From Phoronis australis (Eukaryota; Animalia; Phoronida): a stretch of 64,000 nucleotides of DNA. The stretch lies in NCBI GenBank assembly GCA_002633005.1, contig NMRA01000001.1:2024933-2088932 (forward strand). Direction: 5' to 3'. A program made the position numbers and the translations under genes. Below the pieces are notes generated by a model. It was given only the letters and a program-made list of their open reading frames with translations. It searched no databases and was not told the origin of the DNA. Positions 23,101-35,400 of the stretch are shown here, in pieces. Positions within the stretch are counted from its first letter, which is position 1, and the number at the start of each line of letters is the position of its first letter.

Positions 23101-26100
23101 GAACGTACGTCAAAGGGTTTTGGAGATAGGGCAGCGGACATCAGACAGATGGACGCCGAATGGACGGAGATGACGGCATATAAATATGAGGCCGCATAAG
23201 TACGGACCAGCCTAACCAATTCAGAGGCCTGGGGGTAGAGTGAAGACAAAATATATCAAGGATGGTCTTAATTGTATTTAAAGGTTCTAAGGTTCTTACC
23301 ACTAAATGGTAGGTTACAGCACAGTCGATTGCAGTGCATGTAGACTGTGGGCTCTTAACACAAGTCATTGTTAAACCTCTCTGCCTGTCTGCATCACGGA
23401 TTGACTGATCCCACGCTTTGCAGTAGTCTTGGGGGCTGTCAGCCACTCCTAACAACAGAAGCAAAAACTAAGAATAGACAAACTGTAACGATACCACATA
23501 CATTCAAAGTTGTGGCCACGCTGTTCTCAGGTACAGTTGTCATTTATAGTTCTGCTAAAATCAAAATTAAATCAAATCAGTCTATTTACCAATAAGCTAT
23601 AACTGACTGTAAGTTAACAAATTACTCATTTTAAGCAAGTTATGATATTAACACATTAAAAATCGGCATCTACAAGTATTGTATTTGCAATTCAGGTTCG
23701 TCTATGTAATTTTTAAACTGTACGCATTTACAAAGTTCAACTTCATGAAATAGCGAGTTTCAGAGCCTAGTTCGGTGGGAGATTGTCAGACATTGATACA
23801 ATTCTGAGCTCGTTTTCTAAGGCTGTAAGTAGTTATTCCACTTTGGACAATCTCCAAATAAAAGGAAGTTATATTTAATGAAAGTTTTAATATTAGCGCA
23901 ACACATTTGGAGTATGTTGCGGGGATATCCTATGGATAAAATTGGAGTGAATAACTTGAGGGATTGTCTTGTAGACCCCTTTTTATGCATTTCCCAAGAA
24001 AGGGGGCGTTTTCAAGGTCCAAGCACAGTTTCTGTGAGCAAATTTTGCTTCAACGAACCCGTCATCAACCCCCCAGACGTCGCAAAAAATAAACGAATGG
24101 CACATGTGTGTGTCCAGAATGTACTGTTATCAAGTGGATGACGTACTTTCATGGTTACAACAGTTGGAAAATTATTTGAGAAAATGACATTTGTTAGATT
24201 GGTTTCGCAGCTGTAGCAAAATGACCAGTGTCCCTCCAAGTTTTGCATGCACACCCGCCGGTCGTTTGCGCTACTTGTTGATACAAGTTTCACAACAGGA
24301 TGACAAGCAGAAATGGTAACTGTCTACAATATGACGACATTGACCTACGCACATGTTTTAATATCGTTCTATTCCTCGCATCATCATACCAAAAATACAT
24401 GAAAATGTCTCCTACCCGTTCCCTCAGTATTTTATCGTCAAATTTCTGTTCGCACTACTTCTCTGTAGATACCGCCATGTTGAACGGAAGGAGTTGTTTG
24501 GCAGCCAAAAACTGAACTAATCTACCGACACCCATATTCTGCAGTGTCGCTCTTCCATAAGTTCAAACTGGCCAACACCTGCCAACCCCAGGCCCAAACT
24601 ATGGTCCCAAGGGTTCGAATTCTACTGGTGGCCCTGGTACGCATTCACTAAAAAGAATCCGCAAAAAAGGTTGTTTTTGAGGTCCAATTCCTGAAAAGGC
24701 TATCACTTCAGAGAACTTTGTGGAAAGGGAGTCAAATGATCACAATTCTAAAAATTCAGGGAAAAGGGTGAAATGCTACCCCTTATCGCTCCACATTATC
24801 TCAGGAAAACTTTAGTGGGAATTTCGCACTGGCAAACATTATTCAGATTCGATGATGCCGTTTCATTCATTAGCAACAGGTGTCCCTGTAATCTTGAGTT
24901 AAGCGAACATGAGAAATTTGACGACAAAATACTGAGGAAATGCTATAGGGGACACATTCATATATCTTTGGAATGAGAACAATAGGCGGAATTGAACGAT
25001 ACCAAAATCATGTGTGTATAGGTCGATGTCGTCATATTGGAAACAATTACTGCAGAACTACCTGGGCGGTGTGAAATTTTGAGGACTAGATAATTGTTTA
25101 CAGTGTGACGACATTGATTTACACATATGATTTTGGTACCGTTCGATTCCTTGCAACATTATCTTTCCAAAAATACACAAAAATTTCTCCTACCCGTTAA
25201 CTTAGTATTTTATCGTGAAATTTCTGCTTACACTATTTCCCCATACTCGGGAGTAATGCCGCCATGTTGAATGGAAGGAGTCACCTGGCGGCCAAAAACT
25301 GAAATAATCTACCGGTTTCTGCAGATTGTCACTTTTCATAAGCTGAAATTGACTGAGACCCATCTATCCCCTGCCTGAGTTACGGTCCCAAGGGTTCGAA
25401 TTCGATCCTATGGTGACCCTGGTACGCATCTACGCATAAGTGAAAAAAGCAGAGGTTGTTTTTGAGGTACAAATTGGTGAAAAGGGTATCATTTCAGATA
25501 ATTTCGTGGGAAAATGGTCAAATGGTAGCAAATTTAAAAAAAATGGAAAAAAGTGAAATGCTGCAACTTGATCCTCCATAATGTCAGGAAAACTTTAGCA
25601 GGATTCTCGTGCCGGCAAACACCGTTCAGAATCAATGATGCTGTTTCATTCATTAACAACAGGTGTTGCTGTAATCTTGAGTTGAGCTAACATGGCAGCG
25701 TCAGCTGGAAAATAGTCCGAAAAGAACTTAAGACGATAAAATACGCAGGAAACTCTGTAGGGGAAACATTCATATATTTTTGGAAAGATAAGGTCACAAG
25801 GAATCGAACGACACCAAAATCATGTGTTTAGGTCACTGTTGTCATATTGTAAACAATTACAGAGGACTATGTGATGTTAACACACAGTAGTTCCTAGCTA
25901 AATTTTGACCCTAACCTTCAACAGCTAGCATGCCTATTATACACCTTATTCATGCTATCGCCATTTTAAAAGCGAGCTTCTTTTTAGGTTTAGGCACTTA
26001 ATCACAGCGTAAAATGTGATTTTTGCGTGCTTCACTATATTTATGTCTCAAATGTATTTTTTAAACCTAAATTAAAGAGGTTCACTAATAAAATGGCGAC

Positions 26101-26215
26101 TCTGAATAAAAAACAGTCATCACTTCTTCATACTAAAAGAGTAACGTAGCTACAAAATCAACATACCAACAGTCACAAAAATACAGAAAAAACAAGCAAA
26201 TGTAGGTATGAGCAT
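14162..26215 (-). CDS. Uncharacterised type I transmembrane protein, 359 aa (signal peptide, unknown Cys-containing domain, Pro/Thr stalk, EGF/EB-like 6-Cys module, TM, acidic tail)
   Basis: Exons on minus strand, GT-AG and phase-consistent: 26215-26167, 23448-23300, 20957-20783, 20197-20106, 18398-18179, 17180-17004, 14797-14744, 14325-14162; total 1080 nt. Starts MLIPTFACFFCIFVTVGVA. Module CKLEDLHSCQEPENCVYRTDIGKSVCQCSNGAPLKPNGLC. TM VGIAVGVSVSVVVVAAIVVVVVLFI followed by RRRR. Ends ELLLTGDDDDDDDPAI*. Confidence 0.85.
15445..16532 (+). mobile_element. Non-autonomous Helitron/Helentron-like element with ~288-bp internal repeats and a 3' hairpin
   Basis: Repeated blocks gcactaa.tgaccc..cc.gtgcatta (15585, 15874, 16309) and aatttcagaagaaa..tgacccc (15729, 16015). 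Many TGACC motifs and an AAG/AAT-rich tract. Terminal stem-loop tactctgcac-N8-gtgcagagta at 16502-16529. Boundaries approximate; classification is inference. Confidence 0.55.
21330..23215 (+). mobile_element. Interspersed repeat with ~145-bp subunits carrying CCACTAGRKGGC motifs (Helentron/DINE-like); a truncated copy (~21330-21660) plus a longer copy (~21980-23215)
   Basis: Motif copies at 21396, 22066, 22194, 22281, 22434, 22579, 22724, 22884 and 23008. Higher-order period of about 430-450 bp. GACA/GACG-type tract near the 3' end. Homologous to 30600-31630 in inverted orientation; the spurious ORFs over both copies share FSQTTLRM. Confidence 0.75.
24315..25051. mobile_element. Non-autonomous DNA transposon with long (>100 bp) TIRs and 8-bp TSD, copy 1
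   Basis: Left end gtaactgtctacaatatgacgacattgacctac pairs with right end taggtcgatgtcgtcatattggaaacaattac. Flanks GCAGAAAT (24307-24314) and GCAGAACT (25052-25059). Confidence 0.8.
25089..25861. mobile_element. Non-autonomous DNA transposon with long TIRs and 8-bp TSD, copy 2 of the same family
   Basis: Colinear with 24315-25051 (shared cgccatgttgaa.ggaaggag, ggtcccaagggttcgaattc, gtttcattcatta.caacaggtgt). Perfect flanking repeat GAGGACTA at 25081-25088 and 25862-25869. Confidence 0.82.
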
Positions 26216-27540
26216 GGTCAGGATTAAAATAGTAGCATTCTATCTCAAAGACAAAATACTCTTCTCCAACTTCGTCTGTCCCTTTTGCATTTCGCCACAA
26301 ATACTGATGACCTTCACCTTTTAAGGAACCACGAAGTACTTTTTTGTTTAAGATATTTGTCTTTTTGTTTTCCTATTACCAAGCTGTTAAGAATTCATTC
26401 TCTGGGTAACAATTGTTTAGTGAATTGATTAAAGTTGATTATTTATAAAAAGTTAGATTTTGTAAATTTTTGAGCGCCTCCTTTCAGAGGCAAAACAAAC
26501 TATAGAAGGCCCAACATTGATAAGGAAGCAAAGTCTGAGCGATAGAGTGGCAAAGCAGCAGAGGTAAATTGCACTAGTTGAATCTTTAGTAATTGTTACT
26601 TAGTCCTGAGTATCAGTTTTATTACTGAAGAAAGGAATTTCGCGAAGGAAAGAGAATGCTTTTACTCAACCATAGCATGCACGTGTAATTTCGGTAAAGA
26701 ATGTCCCGACAGGGTCACTCACTCGCTGTACGGTCCCAGTGGCAGTAGGGCAGTAGGCTACTTTACTTATCAATTACCGTCAACGTTCAAACCATTCTAC
26801 CAAATGGAACAGTCTTGCTCAGCCTCAGCCGGGACAGTGGTCAAAGGGGAGTAAACGGGACCCTCTTCAAAACTGCTGCCATTTTCAAGAGGAATCTGTT
26901 TTGGCCTACTCTACTTACAACTGTCCCTGAGCCGCGGCTGAGGCTGACCGGCTAGGCAACTCGTAGCCCCTTGGTTGGCCGGTTAGGGGCTACAATACTT
27001 CCCATTGCTTTTTGTACTAATTTCGTCCCGTGTATTTTAAGCAGGCGGGAGGTGAAAGCCGCTCACCAATTAAGAGTTTTCACCTCGTCAAAAATACATT
27101 CTACACTTGTCTTAAAACTGTCGCTTAAAAAGGCGCTTACTTTCTTCAGTGGTCCTTTCTGTGTCTACACATATCTTCGATGAAGCATAGCTATGAGACT
27201 TTAAGTGACTTTGCCAAAGAATTCCAACTCCAGTTTTTTGGTGTCTGTTAACTTTTTCACCGTGTGTGCTAACCACAAAATATTTCAACTGAGTCACAGG
27301 CTAGCGCGAGACTGAGCGAAGCGTATGACGTGGTGCGTGACACTTGCAAAATAGCAGGGGAAGATATCAGGTGAAATTTGTTAGATTTGTGTCCCTTGGA
27401 CTTTTTGTTCGTCAACAGGCGTGACTTCACGTAACTTCCTCAAAATGGCACCCAGTGAGAGAAACTCTGGAGCAAACTGGGACAGATTTTCATGGATATG
27501 TTCAAGTTATGTAGACTGAATTGTATCCAGAGTCATGGTA
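26216..27540. promoter_or_regulatory. Probable bidirectional promoter / 5' region between the TM-protein gene (-) and the TBC gene (+), including a likely non-coding TBC exon 1
   Basis: Divergent gene starts and locally raised CpG. YY1-like gccattttc (~26878) and caaaatggc (27441). Strong donor ATG|GTATGT at 27537/27538 with an acceptor at 29400. Confidence 0.5.
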
Positions 27541-28094
27541 TGTGAAGTTGCATGCGAGTCAAGCAACAAGTTGCACGAGACGTTTTGGAGCTTTATTTCG
27601 CAACACATTACATTTGACATGAGTGTCTGTCTGTCCGTCCATGGAACACGCAAAATATTCAGTTACAGTTCACGGACACATAACTCGCAAAGTGGAACGC
27701 ATTAAGGCAAATTGCAAGCAAAACAGCAAATGACAGTAAGTGTTACCTAATGATGTCTTGAGACTCGCGCAGTGACTAGAACACATCTGACCAGTGTGAC
27801 AATATTCACAGGAGTGCCTGAACATGCTGTATAGCCAGGGCTCGGTCTCAGTGACCTGAGCGCACTCGGATCATTCTTAAACAAAATAGTATTCACAGAA
27901 CTCATAGCACAATGCGCGGTAGGCATAGCTAACTTCATTCACATTATGTGTTATTTATAACTTAACATTATATATGCATGTTTCATTCAATTTCATTTGC
28001 TGCATTTTGAAATGAGTAACTTTTTATGGGGATGTAGTATCGCCCCTGTAGGCCTGCAGCATTCAGGGCGATGTAATTGCTTAAGGCTGAGCAA

Positions 28095-28472
28095 GACTTG
28101 GCCGAATGGTTTGAATGTTTGACTCTTACGCCAGTTTCATGTGCTCAATACCTGCTGCCAGCATGCAGAATTTTTCTACATTGGTGCCAGCAACAGTAGA
28201 CTTGGAAGGTCAGTGACGTATGAAGTTCGAAAGAATCAAAAGGCACCCTTCCAAACTCTCACCACTGGGGCACCCCCCCCAAGGCAGAGCATGTATTGAG
28301 AGAAGTGTCGGAATTTCTGGTTCTTGGTGCAACTTAAAATCGTATAGAGCCTGATTGCTTGCCAATTGTCTTAATGGACAAGTGCTTTGGATCCTCTCAT
28401 GCCGGCGGTCTGTGTTTGATACCTGCTGTCAGCATGTGGAGTTTTCTTCATTGGTGTCTAACAACAGTAGAA
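28095..28472 (+). mobile_element. Two adjacent degenerate tRNA-derived SINE-like heads
   Basis: A-box-like tggccgaatgg (28099) and decayed B-box-like gctcaatacc / gtttgatacc. Shared block atacctgctg.cagcatg...cattggtg...caacagtaga at 28148-28200 and 28419-28471. Confidence 0.45.
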
Positions 28473-29410
28473 CTCATGGGCTGGAGGGGCACACATAAAA
28501 CTTGAAAGGCGGAAAGGGATTTACTCATTCCCTGAATTGCCCGCTAAAAAGCAGCCCCCCCTCCCTTGTGCTCTGCACGATCGAGTGGAGTGCTTTGAAT
28601 TTCTGTTTGCAGGTGTGACGTACCACGGTATGGAGCCTCTCTAAATCGCTTGGCAAGTGAAAATTGCCTCTTGGTCTTACAGTTTGGACGTGCAAGTCTC
28701 AAGCTAAGTGGCAGGATTGAATAAGGGCTGCCGGCGTGAGAATTAAGTAAAGTAATGTTCGGCCAAGAGGGAACTGCCACTAGCCAACCAATTTAGAGAG
28801 ACTATACGATGGCAATCTGGAACCAGACGTTCTGAACAACGAAGACTGATTTGGTCCACCAGCACTAAAGTCAGTGTGCTGGGTCACATATTGCTATATT
28901 CAAACCTAAGTCAGCTCCAACTCATTGAAGCCATTGACGTATCACACAAAAACAAGTGAAGAAGCTTGTCTTAGAGTTAAGACTTGACAAATGTTTCAGC
29001 TAGTTAAACGTTAACCATACACTACATGCAAACACCTTTTGTAAGTTTCAAGTTATAGATTTAGAGCAATAATTACGCCAAAAGTAAAATCCCACTTGTG
29101 GTTAACTTTAACCTTGACCTTGGTATCATGAACATTGGCAGGAGGTCGCTAATTCAAATATAAAGTGAAGTGGGCTTATGGCTCCGAAAGTTAGAAAATT
29201 TGTGTAGTGTGTGACGATTTTTTTCAGATAAAGATTCGTGGGCTTGCTTAGGTGAGCATTAAGTTCCCAGTAATTGACTTTGTTTATGCGTCATATTGGG
29301 TTATTGTGGTGTACTTGCTCCACTTTACGTACAGCTAGGTCAGTCATCATGATTTGCTGAATTACAATGCTATGGTTTGTTGATTTCATTTCTCTTTCAG
29401 CTCAAGTGAT

Positions 29411-32400
29411 ATGGATGGATTTTATGAAATCATCGACTTCTCAGATCTTGCCAGTGGTTTTGATAGCGGGCAAAGCAACCTCATTAAAACGCGTGGTCAA
29501 AAAGTTTCCGCAGAGGAGTTCAAGCAGTTTTTTCAAGATGATGGCCGAATTGTAGATGAACATGCTTTAAGGAAGCTGGTTTTTAGAGGTGGGGACGGAG
29601 GGTATTTTACCATTTGTTAACTTTCTCATTGCGTATGTTTAGCACAAATGGAAATTTATCTTGTAAATTATGTTGGGAAGTGTTATTGGTAATAAAAACA
29701 ACTTCCAACACTTACTGAACACACGACATGCTTCAGCGTGAATCACGTCATTATCAACCTCTTATTCCATGGTAGTCTCGTCAAATTGACTAAAAATAAT
29801 CACAAAAGATAGCCTTTTTACATGTTTTAAATAGTGATTGCTTTATTGTTTGAAACTTTGGATTTTTAATAGCTGATCTGCTCGGACTAATATGTTTATG
29901 ATGAGACTGAGTTTTTCTCAGTGTTTATTTTTGATGAGTAATTTGACAAAATAAAATTCTACTTCCAAACATATTGCGCACTTCATGTAACACACACGTA
30001 ATAATTCTATCGTGTGGTTGAATGTATTTTACGTCAGTATACAGTGAAATTCAATATCTTGAAGCCCCTTGTGACATCCCCAGACTGTGATTGGTCAGTG
30101 AATCAGTTTTGCTTTTTTCTTTGAAAATGTATGCATTTTAAAACTGGCCACAAATCCTATTATATCACACAAGCTGAAGTGGGGTACTAAAACGCGTTAA
30201 GAAGTCTGTCTAAATTGCTATTGTTTTATCACACAGTATAATTTAACCACAGCTCATATTAGCACTGTATTACAGGAGGTGTAGAACCAGACATTCGTCG
30301 AGATGTATGGCAGTTTCTGTTCGGCCTGTATCCTTTTACATCTACATCAAGGTGCGTAGGCGCATGGCAGAGAACACGTTGCTGTTGTCGACTAAAATCT
30401 GGTGTCATTTGTTGTACTGTAAAATCTCGTTAATTGCAGATAAAAAGAGTTGTCAGAATTGATCTTTTTCTTTTTTCAAAGGTTTCTAACATTGTTCTCA
30501 CTCCATTGTCTTATTGTAGTTAACTTGTAGAACTTGATAATGTAAAAACATTTATTTGATGCTACTTATTTCATAATTGAATAAAATTTCAATTTTCCGC
30601 CATATTGTGTCCTTTATTGAATTTTGCAAGTGTATTTATATGAAGTTGACAAAGGACAACAGGGACTTTCTGATGGATGTGACTACCTCCATGCCCCCTA
30701 GTGGCAATTTTATTTTTCTCCATTTTCCTCTGTATCTTTGCAGTTCCTTTGCAAATTTTTATGAAATTTAGTGATTAGGCTTCTATTAAAGAGGCGATGA
30801 AATTTTTTTGCATTCATGTGGATTTGATGATGTACATGCCACCTAGTGGCTGTTTTTCTTATTTTTGGGTCTGTTTTTGAAATCCGCCTCATTTTTCAGC
30901 CAAACCACTCTAAGGATGTTCATGAAACTTGACATATATGTTCCTGCTGGGAAGAGGATGGAAGGCGATGATTTTCCAATGTCTGTTACTACTGTGGCAC
31001 CTCCTAGTGGCAGTTTTGTTTTTTTTGCGTTCGTGGCTTTATCTCCTAGACCCTCTGCAGGATCCTTGTTAAATTTGACAAATGTATTTGTAGGATGATG
31101 ACAACTTTCAGACAAATCTGACTGCTGCTGTGACCCCTAGTGGCAATTTGATTTTTTAACATTTTCCTCTATATTTTTTATGAAATTTGGCAAATAGATG
31201 AGGCGATGACATCTTCCTATTTTCATATGGATTTGACATAGTGTACGCCTCCTAGTGGCCACTTTATTATTATTTTTGAGTCTGTTTTCGATATCCATCT
31301 TTCTATCGGCCAAACCATTCTACGAATGAAAATTGGTATATATGTTCTTACTGGGAAGAGCACTGCTGACAATGATTTTTGGACAAAATTGACTAATCTG
31401 GTGCTTCCTTATCCTAATATCACATGCTTTTTTCTCATCTACGACTGTTTCTCATTAACCCCTGCAAGATCTTTGTGAAATTTAGCAAGTGTATTCCTAT
31501 GAGCGTGACATCGGATGACAATGACTTATGAATGTGTTTTTACTATAATGCTCTGCCCCCTGGTGCCACTTTATTTTTTACCATCTTGGCAGGTTTGTTC
31601 CCATTGAGGAGTGAATTGGTGACTTGTTATGCATCCCCTATGGGCTATTCTATGTTTACTTGGATTGCTCCTTTTAGGGAAAGTGTTTAAATTTAATTTA
31701 GTACTCATCCCTTGTATTTGTGACATATGCGATGCGTATTGTGGGCGCATATCAACGCTCTTTGTTGATCTGGTACTTTTCTTTGTCGTTAATGTCCGTT
31801 ATTTTTATTTGTTGTTTTTGTTCATTGTTACTGTAGTTGTTAAATATCGTTCATTGTTTCAGGGAGCGAGAAGTGTTAAAGGCAGATTACCATGTCAAGT
31901 ACAATGCATTGAAGGAAAGGTGGAAGACACAATTAAGGGGTTGGTTTGTTGTCTTTGATTTTTATTTTTTTTTTTTAAATTTGGTAATCAGCACTATATA
32001 AACACCACTGGAGCATGGTTTTACGATGCTATCAGTAGAACGGAATTTATGTTATCGTTTATGTTGTGTTAATTATTGGAAGAAAGGTATGACCCAATGT
32101 CATCGCCAATCGTCTTTGTAAGGAGCATTGTTATGTGTTCTGAGCTTTGTGACGATTTTTGTCTTTAGGCAATTGAGACTAGTAGATATTTTCATGAATT
32201 GAGATTAGTAGTTTCAAATGTGTTGAAGTTAATGCCTTTTTTTTCTTTGGATTAAATTATTTACTATTGGTGTTTTTGTGGGATTGTGCTTTTCATTTCA
32301 GAGCAGAGTACTAGTTACTGAATTTTCCATTATACACTTTCCCCATTGCTCATATTCAAGTAACTGTCTAATCCCCAACCAGCTGCAGTGTATGCCATTA

Positions 32401-35400
32401 TTTGCACATTGTGTTTAGGTTGTGGAAAAATTTTCAACAAATTTAACGGTGGACTAATTCACTTTACAGACATCTGCAAGTCAGAATTGGGAGATTGCAA
32501 AGAAGAATCCAAGTTGTCCAGTTCAGACAGCAACTTGCAGCTGTCGCCCGAGGCAGAACAACAGTTGCAGTTCTTGAAAATACAAGCACAGGTTGGGAGA
32601 ATTAAGAAGCATCGGATATGTAAACAGGCATTGTTGTCTTGAATGTTGAAGTTGAAGTAGTCAGTCACAATTAAAATTAATTATAAATCTAAGGCATTCT
32701 CTTCATTTGAGCTATTGAAACTTCTAAAAGAAAATTCTTGTTTTCAGTGTTTCCGTTATTTGGTAAATCCAATGTCAGACTGGATTTTTTCTTTTCCACC
32801 TTTTCTTTGAATCAGAAAAATATTTGAATAACCATTTTCTCCACTGATCACAAAACCGCTGCTTACGGGTTTACTAAAGTTACAAATTTCTAATATTTAT
32901 TTCTCAACATTAGGTTGCACGGCTTGACATAGTGACCCATGAATCGAGTGTTTTGACCTGGATTTTCCAATTTAACCCCACCTGCCTTTCTACCAGCTGT
33001 TGATCAGGGAAATACAAGAAATTTACCGTACTGAAATGGCATTAAACTTAGTCATTTGCAACTGATTGACTAGTTTTGGTCATCTGCTACAAAGTTTTAG
33101 ATCAGCGTAACTATAAAAAAAATTTGCTAATTCTGCAAATGGCATCAAGTTTTCATCGGTTTCCCCAAGCACAAACATCAAGAAAAAAACAACTTAAATG
33201 ATTGCGGAGTGCTGGTCATTCATTGTTAGCATTAAATAAATTGTAATTAGGTATTCATAATTAAAATACTTATACTTAGTTGTGTGACTCAGTTGACATA
33301 TTTTTCACGTGTAGAAAATAATCTATTTGTGACCCTGCCATGTTTTCTGTTTGACCATGACTTTGCTGTAATAGTGTAAAAACAGTAATTTTCAGATTAC
33401 AGAAATTTTCAGATTACAGAGAACAGTTTTATGAATGAAAAATTACTTCCTGTTAATAGTTAAAGCATAGGTTAATCATGTTTTTGTTATAATTTTCCTC
33501 CGCTGTAATATGTAGTAAAATTAATGTGAATTGTCCTTTTTCTGGTGAATTTTCATTGTGTTCTATTCTGAGTAAACTTTTAATAACAAGGAAGGATCCA
33601 GGATTTGACAATGGACAAATGTGGGTGCTTCTTCAGTTTGGGAGGACAAACAAAAAGTAGGTCACGGAGCTCCATATCTGTCTACATGTAAAACCCATAT
33701 CGGTACCTTACCCGATTTCATACTTCCAAGTTAACTAATAAAAGATAATTTGTTGTGTTGTTTACCTTAAATATCAATGGTCCAACTAATGTCTCTGAGT
33801 AGTTGTGTTCTACTGAGTCCGTCATGTCAACTGTCCGGGCTATATGTCCTAGTGAGGATGCTATTATGTTTTATTCATTGTTTCGAACAAAAGTGATCTA
33901 ACGGGAATCTGGTGTCCGCATACAATCCTTGTGTATCTGTGCTTCTGTGACCACTCAGTGTATTTATTGTTTCAGATCTACGCTGCTCGCCAGGCAGTAA
34001 ACTGTGAAGAGCTACAGAAGGCAGTGCGCATCATTGACAAGGACGTTCATAGGACAGACAGAGATCAACACTATTTCAAGTAGGTTGGACATTGTAGAAA
34101 AGTGTACCTGGTTCTTATGTTTGTTAAGTATTTTTTTGTTGAGCAGGATGTCAGTAATTATTCATCACTGTGGGCTGTGTTCCTAGACCCAAGACACTAG
34201 CAAGAAAATGTATGATTGTAATGCATGGCGTAATCTCATAAAGTCTTTAATGTGCGGTCGTACGTTTTCGCAAGATGTTTGTGGCTATGGAATGCAGCAC
34301 AACTGTTTTGAAGGGTAGCTTTTTCACATTTTTAGCTCAGTAATTTATGGTGGACAAGTGAAATATTTTGTCAAATTTCATGGCTAAACTTATGAAGAAG
34401 ATTTTAGTCTGTTGTTAACTTGGATTGTACTTTGCAGAATTAGAAATTGTGTGAAATAGGTGAAAACCTAACTTACTCTGACAAAGGAAATGTAAGATTT
34501 TGAATTCATATTTCAATCTTTTCCTTAACAGTTCTCCAAATGTAAATATGCATTGTGTTGTAATTATTTTGTGTATGAAATTGTTACAGACGATATACTA
34601 TGTCTACATAGTCACAAATATCTTATTTTTCCTATTAAAAGTTGTTTACCTTTATGTGCACCCCCTTGAACCTTTTTGGATTTAGCTAGCCTTTTGTTGT
34701 TTTCTCCTTTCACAAAGTGGAATAACAGTTGAGAGCTTGATTATATTTGCTGTGAATAAAGTATGATTCGAGAGCATTTTATACAAATACAAACCAATTA
34801 TGTAAAACAACACCTATCTGTCTAATTAAGTGGAAAACCTGTGTCATTATTTGACAGGCTTCATTTCCCATGACCGAACAGCAGCTTGTCTTGTGATCCT
34901 GACAGTGGTTAATGAGGTTATTGGAAATCAAGTCCTATGTTTTATATGGGCTATAGCGTTGTTATACAGCTCATTTTGTGTTTCAGGGGCGAAGGCAATC
35001 CTAATTTAACTATTCTACGCAACATCCTTGTGACGTTCGCTGCTTTCCATCCAGATGTCGGCTATGCTCAAGGAATGAATGATGTCCTCAGCAGGTTCCT
35101 TGTTGTCTTTCAATCGGAAGTACGTCAAAGGGTCTTGCACTTAATCTGTCCATAAATTAAGACACACAAGTCTATAGAAAGGTTCTGTGTAAATTCACAA
35201 CCCAATAACTGTTGCCATGACTGTTCCAAATATAAATACAATTTCTCTTCATGCATCATTCTGAGAAAGCTTCATGAAAATGAATCACTGTTTAAACTTT
35301 TCTATAAACCCAGTTTCTGTCAAAAAACTAACATGATTTAGGCTCCGTACAGTTAAAGTCAGATCTCATCTTGTTTCTTGAAATAGAAGTGATTTCTGCC

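Noticed and set aside
24605-24625. gggttcgaattc B-box/tRNA T-arm-like motif (also at 25391-25405 and 12905-12925 on the minus strand)
   Set aside because: No cloverleaf can be built. The first two lie within a DNA transposon and the third is at most a SINE remnant.
29589-32597. Weak donor sites (GTGGGG, GTTGGT, GTTGGG) as possible minor-spliceosome introns
   Set aside because: None matches the U12 donor consensus RTATCCTT; they are ordinary weak U2 donors.
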